A stretch of DNA of 64,000 nucleotides from Octopus vulgaris. Its lineage: Eukaryota. The notes beneath the pieces are model-generated. The model saw nothing but the letters and a program-made list of their open reading frames with translations, did not search any database and was not told the origin of the DNA. Every line of letters begins with the position of its first letter. The first letter of the stretch is position 1. Below are positions 24,901 through 37,554 of this stretch, one piece after another. Location of the stretch: contig OX597838.1 in the NCBI GenBank assembly GCA_951406725.2, positions 1,240,001-1,304,000 of the forward strand, written 5' to 3'. Position numbers and translations under genes: made by a program.

Positions 24901-27553
24901 CAAGACACTTTATTTCACGTTGCTCCAGTTCACTCAGCTGTAGATATGTGTTGCAATGTCACTGGTGCCAAGCTGTATCGGCCTTTGTCGTTCCCTTGGA
25001 TAACATTGATGGGGTGGAGAGGGGAGGCTGGTATGCATGGGCGACTGCTGGTCTTCCATAAACAACCTTGCCTGGACTTGTGCCTCGGAGGAGAACTTAC
25101 TAGGTGTCATCCCATGGTCATTCATGACCAAAGGAAGTTACTTATTTGAAGAAATATGGTACTAACATACACCCCACACACATTTCATGGAGACAAAGGA
25201 CTATATATTTTTAGAATATGATTTTATTTGAATTTTGTGTATTTTCTGTAGAAAACAGTTTAATGTTTTAAGTCTGATGTAGAAACGCTAAGTGTTTTTT
25301 TAACAATTTCAGATGTATGCTTGTATGTTTGTTTGTATGGCTGTATGTAGGTTTGTATATACATGTGTTCTGTGTCTGAGTGTATGGGACTACATGCATG
25401 TTTATTCCAGTTTCGGTATTTGCATGAACACAATCACCTGTGAATGTTTCCTTGTGTTTGCATGTATTTTGTGCAAGCATAATGAATGCCTTTATGCATG
25501 CACCCATGTCTTTGTCGACTCTTTTATATAATAAACCAATTTCTGTGATTTAGTAAAAATGTGAAATGACCTTCCACCTGTCAGCAATTCATTCTTTGCT
25601 ACAGTGACGAGAAAACTACAATATGATACTCTTTTACTTGTTTCAGTCATTTGACTGCGGCCATGCTGGAGCACCGCCTTTAATCAAGTAACTTGACCCC
25701 GGGACTCATTCTTTGTAAGCCCAGTACCTATTCTATCGGTCTCTTTTGCCGAACCGCTAAGTGACGGGGACATAAACACACCAGCATCAGTTGTCAAGCA
25801 ATGCTAGGGGGACAAACACAGGAACACATACACGGGAGAGAATTTGCTTAGATGAGATGCAGTTCGGTTTTGTGCCAGGTAGAAGCACCACTGATGCTAT
25901 ATTCCTGGTCCGACAACTGCAGGAGAAGTACCTAGCTAAAGATAAACCCCTCTACATAGCTTTTGTGGACTTGGAGAAAGCCTTTGACAGGGTCCTCCGA
26001 TCCCTTATCTGGTGGTCGATGCGGAAACTGGAGATTGACGAATGGTTAATAAGGGCTGTACAGGCCCTATATAGAGAGGCTGTCAGCAAGGTTAGCATTG
26101 GCAACGAATATAGTGAAGAATTCCGGGTAGAAGTAGGTGTACACCAAGGTTCAGCCCTCAGTCCCCTATCATAGTCCTCCAGGCAATAACAGGGGAATTC
26201 AAAACAGGTTGCCCCTGGGAGCTCCTCTATGCTGATGACCTAGCTCTCATAGCAGAATCACTACCGGAACTAGAAAAGAAATTTCGGGTGTGGAAGCAAG
26301 GGTTAGAATCAAAGGGCCTTAGAGTAAATGTAGCAAAGACCAAAGTTATAGTGAGCAGAAAGGCGAACTCAGCACACACACCCTCGGGCAGGTGGCCCTG
26401 CTCGATATGTAGGAAAGGCGTAGGTAGAAACTCCATAAGATGTACCCAGTGTAAGCTATGGACGCATAAGAGGTGCAGCAACATCAAAGGGAAATTAACT
26501 AATAAGATAGCTTTCATGTGTGGCAGATGCACAGGGACAATAGACACCACAGATACTCAGAAAACAGATTCCATCACACTCCAGGAGGAGAAACTAGAAG
26601 TAGTTGATAGTTTCCGCTACCTGGGTGACCAAGTTAGTAGTGGAGGTGGATGCTCAGAGAGTGTCACCACTAGAATACGAATAGCCTGGGCAAAGTTTAG
26701 AAAGCTCCTACCCCTACTGGCGACAAAGGGTCTCTCGCTCAGAGTGAAAGGTAGATTGTATGAAGCATGTGTGCAAACTGCCATGCTTCACAGTAGTGAA
26801 ACATGGGCTGTGACTGCAGAGGACATGCTTAGACTTGAAAAGAATGAAGCTAGCATGAGCCACTGGATGTGTAATGTCAGTGTGCGCGCACGACAGAGGG
26901 TAAGCACCCTGAGAGAAATGCTGGACATAAGAAGCATCAGATGTGGTGTGCAAGAACGACGCTTGCGATGGTATGGTCATGTACTGCGGATGGACGAGGA
27001 GAGATGTGTGAAGAAGTGCTGCTCCCAAACAGTTGAAGGTATCGGGGGGAGAGGAAGACCCAGGAAGACATGGAATGAGGTAGTCAAGCATGACCTCAGA
27101 GCGTTGGGCCTCACAGAGGCAGTGACAAAGGACCGAGATCTCTGGAGATATGCTGTGACTGCAAAGACCCGGGCTGTTTCCTGCACCAGGCCCATTCAAA
27201 GTACCTTGGATACCAGAACATCCCGCTGTGCTTGAGGTGACCTATTGAGTCAAGTACATGAACATCAAAATAAATATCAATGGAAATAGTAGTTGTGATA
27301 CCTGTGCTGGTGGCACATAACAAGCACCATCCGAATGTGGCCGATGCCAGCATCGCCTTGACTGGCTTCTGTGCCGGTGGCACGTTAAAAGCACCCACTA
27401 CACTCGCGGAGTGGTTGGCGTTATGAAGGGCATCCAGCTGTAGAAACACTGCCAGATCAGACTGGAGCCTGGTGCAGCCTCTGGCTTCCCAGACCCCGGT
27501 CGAACCGTCCAACCCGTGCTAGCGTGGAAAACGGACGTTAAACGATGATGATG

Positions 27554-27589
<36 letters not shown>

Positions 27590-28259
27590 ACGATGGGCTT
27601 CTTTCAGTTTCCGTCTACCAAATCCACTCACAAGGCTTTGGTCGGCCCGAGGCTATAGTAGAAGACACTTGCCCAAGGTACCACGCAGTGGGACTGAACC
27701 CGGAACCATGTGGTTGGTAAGCAAAATACTTACCACACAGTCACTCCTGTGCCTACATTTAAAATATATTTCTCATCGAATCTAAATTAAATTTCTTTTT
27801 TAAAGTATTTATTATGTAACAATTACAACATTGTTGTCAGTATCATGATAGTTATGTGCATTAAAAATCTGCAACAACGAAAGGAAGATTTAAATATACA
27901 CACTCTAATTTTGCTTTGAGTACTTTCTGAAAAAAAATTTAATTGTAAATTCAAAAGAGTATGTGTGTGTGTTTCTTTTTAACTTCTTTAATAGGAGGAA
28001 AGCAGTGTCCATGATCTTTTACAAGGCCTCTGAGAATCATGGGCAGGGGTTTCCAAATTGGGGGACGGGCTAGCCTGAACTGAGTTGACTCCCCTAAAGT
28101 GGTGGCATTAAACTGAATGACAGGTTAAGGCTCAAGACAGGATTTGAATTCAGAATGCAAACAACTGGAATATATACTAATCAGTTGGAAAGTTTTAAAA
28201 ATATATATGTCTGCATACATACATGCACACACATACATACATATATGTATGTATGTATG

Positions 28260-28291
<32 letters not shown>

Positions 28292-31200
28292 AATTTCCAC
28301 ATAGGAACATGAGGTTTTGCCCTTGGCATGTAGCTTCAACCGTGTTTTTTGATGTGAATTTGCTACCCAGGTATCGATTAACCGAATTATCCATACTAAG
28401 ATAATTCATTCACCTACTTAAATATATATATATATATATGTATACACACACATAACACAAGCCAACAAAATATTTTTATCTCTTGTCAAAAATTTTGGAT
28501 CTGAACTAGGGATTTTTTGAGATATGGAATCTGATAATTATATCCACTTATTACCATCACATCAAAACCAGAATGCTTCCTTAAAATTCTGCTGAAAATC
28601 TAGTAAAAGTCTTTAAATCCATATAGACAAATTACATCATTGTTTATGTCTAATTACCCATGAATTTGTAGTTTGGATGATTTTCTTGAGTGCTGAACTT
28701 GAGGGAGATCTTGAACTAAGTTCCAGCAATAGTCCACCATCATATGCAAGTGCCATCCACCATTATTCCATTGATTTTTATGTCCTGATAGGAATATTTT
28801 CCCTATTTGTGTCACCAAGATTTTCAGGGAATTCATCAAAGTCACTGTGGAGATAGTGCAGCCTTATGATCATATTTTGCTCCTAACTTTTGCAAGTTCT
28901 CTAGCTTGTTGTTGACTATTTCGGTACAGTTGGCCGCTTACTTGTTGCCCAGAAATTCTTTTACAGCTATTACAAATGAATTCCATATTGATGCTTCAGT
29001 GCAATTCATTGAATTTACAAAGTTCCCATCTTTCACTAATTTTCTGATTTGAGATCCATCAAAATATGTCAGCTTTTATCTTTCACTTCTCAGATTCGGA
29101 AATCTGCTGCATAAATAGTGAAAGTTCCATCTTTATCCTGAATTCTAACAAATGCCAAGTTTGATATGGAGTGGAGGTAGGATGATTTTTCCCAGTTGAA
29201 CTAAAAAGGCTTTTCAACCACATTAAAAGATGCTGGAACTAATCTTCACTGTGGTCATTCTTTGATCAGCCAATGTTTTTCCCTCTGCATAAAAAGCATG
29301 GATATTTGGTGCATCCACTTTGTTGCTCCAGAGAAAATTAACCATCTTAAAAGTCCCCACATATCACCCACTGACAATTGGTAGGGTTTGAATATCTTGC
29401 GCAATTTATGTCAACATGGGAAACAAAAAAACAAAAAAAATGATGCTGATGTGATGACAAATGAAGTCATTTTTGTGTCATGGCTTTGGCAATCCTTTGT
29501 GTCTCAAGTTCGAATATGGCACTGCCCTTTCATTTTGCACCATTATTTTTACATTTCCTTTTTCATACTGGCATGCATTGGACGAACTTTTTGAGGGAGA
29601 GTTTTATGGTATTTACTGCTGGTTCTCAACCATCCCTTACCTCTGGACTCCTTTGAACTCTATTTTACTTGGGATGGGGTGGGGTGTCCTCGTAGCCATT
29701 TGATGCCTAAAAAGTTCTATTATATTTTTATGACTAAATATTATTTGGAATTGTATTAAAAAAGTTTAAATATTTTGTATATTGTAGAATTATAACCATT
29801 TTATTACTTATAAATTTTAATAACAAAATTTTATATGGACCCCAGGTGAGAACCATTGGCATTTACCCTTTCAGGCACACACACACATGTAGTGAATGAA
29901 AATAGGGATTGAAGAAATCCTGGCAAATACCTCAACACTCCATGTGATAAGCCTGGTTAACTGAATATACATTGAAGTGTATAGTAACACACACGCACGT
30001 GTGTATATGTGAGTGTGTAAATAATAAAAGTAATTAAAAAAACAATTATAGTGAGCATTGTACAGAGGGGAGAGGGGCGACCAGAACCAAAGTTGTTTAG
30101 TAGAAACGGTTAATTCTGTGAATGGAATCTTGTTATGAGGTAAGTTGTGCACGTATTACTGAACGGTTGGACTGTATCACTTCTAAACTGTCACCTTTTT
30201 TCAGATGACTTACTTCCCCTTGATGACTACACAACGGAGACATGTTTTGAACGTAAAGTATTCTGCACTAGCTCCTCCTACCCTCCCCTCCTCGCTACTG
30301 TTACCACTGCTACTATCACTACTATTACTGGTAGTCAACATAAATATGTAGTATTTTTCATGTAGTACACTGTAGAAGATTTGCAAGTGATGCACCGTCC
30401 TGTATTGTATACCACATGTTAAATCTCTGCTTAAACACTTATGCAAAACCAATGCACCTTCTTTTCTGCCACATTAATGCATATCACACACAGACACACA
30501 TGCAAGTGCTATTTATTCTCTTTCAGAGTATTAATGCTCTTTAGTTGTCCCTCTCTGATGGACACTAATAGAGTTGATGGACTTGTCTGTCTGGAAAGAA
30601 ACATTACATTTCTGGTCGGAAGAGATGTCTTTTTCCCAGCGTTTAAATAATACAACTGAACTGAAGGGGAGGGGAGGGGGGCGAGGACTTGTCTTAGAGG
30701 AATCAGATGCAATGTGCAAGAGTGAAGATTGAGCTGGTTGACAGTTGAGTAAAGTTGTATCAAGATCTCCAAGAGGAAGTTTCATGTAGAAGAAGGCCAA
30801 AACAAGAGACCAAGAAGCAAGATGCTGGGTTGGAGAAGACTAATCCAAAAGATACAAAAATAGAAAAAATACATGTTGATTTTGATGATGATGATCTTTA
30901 GGTCAAACATATCATGTGACATAGGTGATTGTTCACCATTGTGTTACTGGTACCTAAGTTGCTGGTGATAATGTGAAGAGTTGAAGTAGTCAACCATTCT
31001 CTAAATTAACTGACCAAATAATAAGTTCCGGTCTAGACTACTGAGTCATGCTTTCATGGAGTCTCCTTTAAACTTTATTTTTCTGATTCCTTGGACTTGT
31101 ACACTGCATTCCTCTCCAGGACAAAGTTGTCCACCTCAGCCCAACCATTATACCATAAGCAACCTGTAATCTAGATCAGGGGTTTCCAACAGAGGTCCAC

Positions 31201-34200
31201 AAGTATATATAAATATGTATATAAATATAGAGGTACCAGTATTTATTGAAATTTTCAAGATTTATATTTGGAATTTATGTTATGAATATAACAAACTTTT
31301 GTCATTGTTAGTTTTTATTAACCTACAAGCATATTTTATTTCAAAAATTGGATCTTTACCTTTTGACCTACAGATTTAAAAAATAATTTTTTGTAACTAA
31401 ATACTTTCAAACTTCGGACACTGGTAGAGTAAAAGATGTTTTATATGACACATTCTACCAGTGTCTGAAGTTTGAAAGTGTTTAGTTACAAAAAATTATT
31501 TTTTAAATCTGTAGGTCAAAAGGTAAAGATCCCAAAAATTTACATGTGCATATATGGGATCCACAGATGATAAGATAGCTCTCAGGGGGTCCACAAGCAA
31601 AATAATGTTGGGAATCCCTGATGTAGATAGACTCTACTCTATAACAATGGTATAACAACCTATCGTTCAGGCCCTGTAGATATTTGCTATATGTTGATAA
31701 GTGTCAAATTCCATATTCACTCAGTGATTAAATTAGGGGACATATTTTTCAAAGATACTGGTACTTCAAGTATTTGGTCCTCATTTCCTTATTTCAATAG
31801 TTGTTTAACCCGTACCTTATCCACATTTCAACAGAGCTAGGTTCAGAGATGTGCTGTGATCATCGCATCTTTATTCTGACACAGTATATCTAGGATTATA
31901 TTATCCAATGTGTCTTTCTCTATTTTAAGATACTGCAATATGATGTGAAGGATATTTGGCTGATATGTCTAGCAGGTCAAGTTTCCTTTCTTGTCTTAAA
32001 TGTGTTTAGTTGCTTATGACTCAGAGCTGTAAATTTTACACACACACACACACACACACTGTCTGATGAAAACAGTTACAAATTTTGTCAAAAAGCCAGT
32101 AATTTCAGAAAAGTGGGTAAGTTGATTACATCGGCCCCCAGGACTCAGCTGGTACTTACTTTATTGACTCTGAAAGGATGAAAAGCAAAGTTGGCTTTGC
32201 CAGAATTTGAACTCGGAATGTAAAGACGGATGAAATGCTGCTAAGCATTTTGGCCAGCATGTGGTTGTAGTTGAGGTTAGAGAGTTAGGAAATCTGTTTT
32301 TCTTTAGTTCTTCTCTTCCACCTGTTCTATATCAATTGTCTTTTATGCCAAAGTAGCAACTTAAGAAGATGAATCCTAAATGACTTCATTTTAAAGAATG
32401 TAATGGATCTGTTCTGACAACTTATTAATTACAAATCAAAATTAACAAGAGCACTTAGAGCGCAAACCTCTGCCAAGGCAACACCAATGTCCTCTCAACG
32501 ATTAGCCAGAGATGATTTTTAAAATGAGAACATCTGAAATAAACTTAACTGCTCTCACAAACGGGAATACTAAAAATGAACGCGGCTGTTCTGAAAAATT
32601 AAGTAAAAAACTGGTAAAATAATCCAGAACCCATGTCCGGTACCGGATTGATCCCAAAATCTAATCAGTTCAAGCCAGTATGAAGCCAAACATCCCTGAA
32701 AGTTTCATCTGAATCCATCCTGTGGTTCTTGAGATATTTTGTTCATGGACAAACAAACAAATGTGACTATAAATAATACCTCTGCCTTTGCTAAGGCGGA
32801 GGTAATAACAAATCCACCATTGCTGCTGTATTACAAAGGAGAATCTGTGTGGATTCATTTGTCTCAATCTGCAATTCTTTTACAGAATATCTCTAAGATT
32901 TCTCTGTAATCTTTATTGTCTCTTTCTTTCTCTAAATATTTTGGCAAAGTATTTTCTGGAATTAATTTTAATATTGATATAATATTGAAGGTTAACACAT
33001 ATATAATTTGTGTACACGTGTGTGTAGATAATCTGTTTGTGTATACATACACACACGGTTTACATGTAATGGAAATATAAAAGTATTAATAAAAAAAAAC
33101 TATTTATGTAATATGTGTGTGTGTGTATGATGATGATAATGATGTCTGTTTGTTATATGATAGAGGACAATGAAGAAGAAGAAAGTCCATCATTAAAACT
33201 GGATCTGCGTGACCTTGGTTCAATCTCCACTGGTATGTGTTTTGAATTCCTGAAACTCTGCTCCTCTTCACTGGTTCTATTATTGGTGTTACTCCTTTTG
33301 TGCAAACACACTTTAATAGTCACCTCTGATCTTTGGCTTGCTAACTGGATGTACTCAAAACACTCTGTGCATTATGAAATACATCAGAATAATTCCATCA
33401 CCAGTCCAAAGGTAGGTTGTTTTTTTTTCACCTTTTAATCATGGTACATCATCATCACTTTTGCATGTTTTACCATTTTGCTGGATGAGACTTATTGAGG
33501 TAGTCTTTTATCGATGGGTGTCCTTGATACCATTATTTTTAGTCACCTCTTCTAAAAAGTGGGATGCAGGTGGAATTCCTGGCTATGTATGAAATATATA
33601 TACAAACACACACATGCTCCTACAATATTAACCCTTTTGTAACCATATTTCAGTTAAGATGCTCTGTGTTTATAACAAAGAATTTAGTAAAATAACTTAG
33701 TAGTTATCATTAAGCTAGTGTTAGGAACATAAGTTGTGACTAAGGTTTGATGGAAGATTTTAATTCAGAATTTTTGAGAACAAGACATTTGTACCACAGC
33801 ACCAGAGGTGGTTTTGTATCAAAAGGGTTAAATGGAAAACCCTTTCCAAGACTGAACCCTATATTAACAAGTCAAAAAGATGTCCAATATATTCATTTAA
33901 AACTGCACCTTTTAAGGAACCTCTAAAGACTGTGTAAATTCCAGGAATGAGATTTTTTTCTTTATGTCCACATTTTAAAATACAGCTTAATGGAGATTAA
34001 AGCCAGACTGCTGGACACATCTTAAACCATTCCCATCTGGTTTATGCATTTTTGATCTATGAAATGTTTGTTGTAATGCTGGTTATTTTCTTTGTGTTCC
34101 TTTCTGTCTTCTATATAAGTGTTCCTATTCATATGTCAGCTACATTGAACATAGCTGACAAACCATCTTGTTGTTTTTATCAGCTTGAAAACTGGCAAAG

Positions 34201-36016
34201 TTAATTAATATTTTGACCAGGAAACCTTGGGCAGCTGTATTTCACAAAACTTTTCATTTGTATTATAATACATTTACTCAAATGAAAGACAGTGCTGATT
34301 GAGTGCTACACTACTTGTTTAAGCCTGGCCATGCAATATGTATATATGCATATATATATATATCTATCATCATCATTGTTTAATGTCCACTTTCCATGCT
34401 GGTATGGGTTGGGTGGCTTGACAGGAGCTGTCCAGACTCCAACTGTCTGTTGTGGCATGGTTTCTATGGCTGGATACCCTTCCTAATGCCAAACACTTTA
34501 CAGAATGTGGTGGATGCTTTTAATGTGTTACTGGCATGGGTGCATCAGTGCAGCACTGGCACGAGTGCATTTCATGTGGCACCGGCACCTGCAAAGGACA
34601 TGCACGTATGTATGGATGACCATGATTCTTCTTAGCTCAACACATCTTCTCAAGTACAGCAAATCACCTCAACTCCTGGTCACTTGTCATTTCCTCAGTG
34701 AGGCCCAGTGTCTCAAGAGCCTTTCACACCACTTCACACCACTTCATGGGTCTATCCCTTTCACACTAAACATAAATTTTATTTCTGGTGACAATCTTCT
34801 ACAGTCTAATCACACATAAGATGTAACAATGTTGATCTATTTTTTCCTTCTCTGTTTGCAGCACACACCTGTCAACCACACCTTCTATATTGGTTTATAT
34901 ATGGTCATCTGTTTAAGCTGTGTGGCAGTCACAGTGTTGACTGGTCTATTACTAAAGTTCACCACAGTGAGAGGAGCTGACCGACTTCACCAGAAGATGC
35001 TTCATTATTTGACCAGTTTACCTGTGATGTAAGTGAAACAGTATCGAGTTCTTCTCTTGACTGTAGCTTATTACAGGGATTATGGGAATGAGGCATGATT
35101 AGAAGGAAAAGAAGAATAAAAGCTGGTATGTGAGGTGATAGATAGCTTTTTAGTTCCTGTGAGCAGGAGCTGGTGTAGTATAAGTATAAAAGGCAGTGAG
35201 AGGATATAGTGTATCTGTGTGGTTGTGGTGTGTTGGTGAGTGAAGGTTTGACAAGTATTTAGGAATATGTTATGGGCCTATATGCCTACTGTATGTATGT
35301 TTGGATATTAAGTAGGCCAGGGGCAATCCATGTCTTGAAAGTATAAACTAAGGCTTGTAGCTAAGTGTACCTTGACTAGAACTGATTGATGTTACCTGTT
35401 ACCTATAACATTCAATATGTGAGTGTTTGACTGTTCTGTTTTCTGTTTCAGTCACTTTGAGTCAACCCCACCTGCCACTATTCTCAATACATTCTCAGCA
35501 GACAGTCGTATTGTTGACCAGGTAAGTTCAGTGTTTTGAGTGTCTGTGGTGTTGGTCAGCTGAGCATTTCTCCACTCACTTCTCTCTCATTCAGCATTGG
35601 TGCCATGGAAAGCGGTTGACGTCCTGAACCTTATCCAGGTCTGCACCTTGGAAAGGGTCATTCTAGTTATAGATCCATTGTCTCACAAGATATACAGGGG
35701 CACTGGGTAATATGTGTTTGTGTTTATGCATCCGTATATTTACATCTGTATGTGTGCGTGTGTGTGTATGCACATACCAGAAAGTTATCATTTCTGCCTG
35801 AGTAAAAAAATATGTTGTGAATGTACTTACGTTCCTGGTGAATATTTTGGTGCAATAACTGTGCTCTTGAAATAATGGAACGGAAACTTCCTTTCTTATC
35901 TGTAAAACAAGAAATGGTAAACTAACATGGAGATCATCTGGTTATAAAAAAACACTGCTTCGAAAATGACATTACCTCTCCAACCTGTCCACTACAGCAA
36001 AATGAAGAAAATGAAC

Positions 36017-36049
<33 letters not shown>

Positions 36050-37515
36050 AAAATATTAAAAATAGGATAAAATCTTCATAAGAATTTATAAAGTAGTTAG
36101 CGTGAAAAACCTCATAAGAGAAAAAAAAAACATCAATTTTTTCCCTTAAATTTATTTATTTATATTATATAGAGGGCACTATTGCACATAAATGCTACAT
36201 GCTAGCATGTGGCATTTATGAGTAATAGTGCCCTCTATATAATATATATATATATCATCATCATCAATGTTCAATGTTTGCTTTTCATGTTGGCATGGGT
36301 TGAACAATATATATATGCACATACACACACACGTATAGGTATGAACATCTGCATTGAGGATGGTAGAATCATCTGGCTTAGGGTCACAACATCTGAACTA
36401 ACAAAGCTTGTATTGTTGTGTAAGAGTTGTGTTGCCTGCATCAGTGAGTGGCCCTGAGGACTTCTGGTATCATGGTGGAAGGGGCCAAAACACCTGGAAA
36501 GATGTTTCACTGCCTGACAAGCTATTGATCCTTGCATTTAGAGAGGGCACCCTCAGCCCACAAGTGTTTACTCTAAATATGTATTCACACCGACACACAT
36601 TTGTATATGTCTAGCTGTAGATGTTTATTCTGATCTCTGTTTCCGTTGTCAGACGGCAACCATGCTGGTGGTAGGGACTGTGAAAGGTTTTAGTCCCCTA
36701 CATCGTTTGTACTTAATTTTTAATGACTTATTTTATCAGTTTCTGTTTGTTGCACCACTAAGCTGTGAGATATAAATCTAGATACTATTTCTCCAAATGA
36801 TAAATGCAATGACGATAAATGCAATGACGTATCATTAATTGCATTAAGTTCTTGTTCAACATATTTGCAATAATTCTATGCTTGTTCCTCCTCCATCCAT
36901 GCCATTTGCTTCTCTCTATAGGCATTGACCTCGAAGCACTTGAGAGATTTTGGTATTCATCCATCCATTCAGATTCCAGTGGAATAAGTAACTTGGGATA
37001 CAAGTAACAACTGGCATCAGGAAGGGAATCTGGCCATAGAATACTGTATTGATAAGTCTCTCTTTGTGTATGTTCCTTATATCAAAATTGAAAGTTTACT
37101 CAAAGTTTTGCCCTGGACTGAAGGAGCAGATGTCCTGTTTGTGCTTGCTCAAGAGCATCTTTTCAGTACACTGTGCACACACACGCTTTTATTCATTTCA
37201 GCCATGTAGCTGTGGTCATGCTGGAGCACCACCATGATTTTATACTTTTACATACCATTTTATATCCATTTCTATCCTGTTTATTTCAGATCCTACCAAC
37301 AACCATAGAGTTATTGTTGAGGTTCTTACTACAAGCAATCATAGTGCTGGTCATCTGTTCTATAGCTATGCCCTATTTTGTACTGGCCACTGTTCCTATA
37401 ATAATACTCTTTTATCTGCTCTTCAAATTTTACCGACCTTCCATCAGGTTAGTCTTTTTCTGTCTTCTTAATGCTTTCCTGTGTCAAACAAGGCTTGTTT
37501 ATGCATGGTAGATGC

Positions 37516-37554
<39 letters not shown>

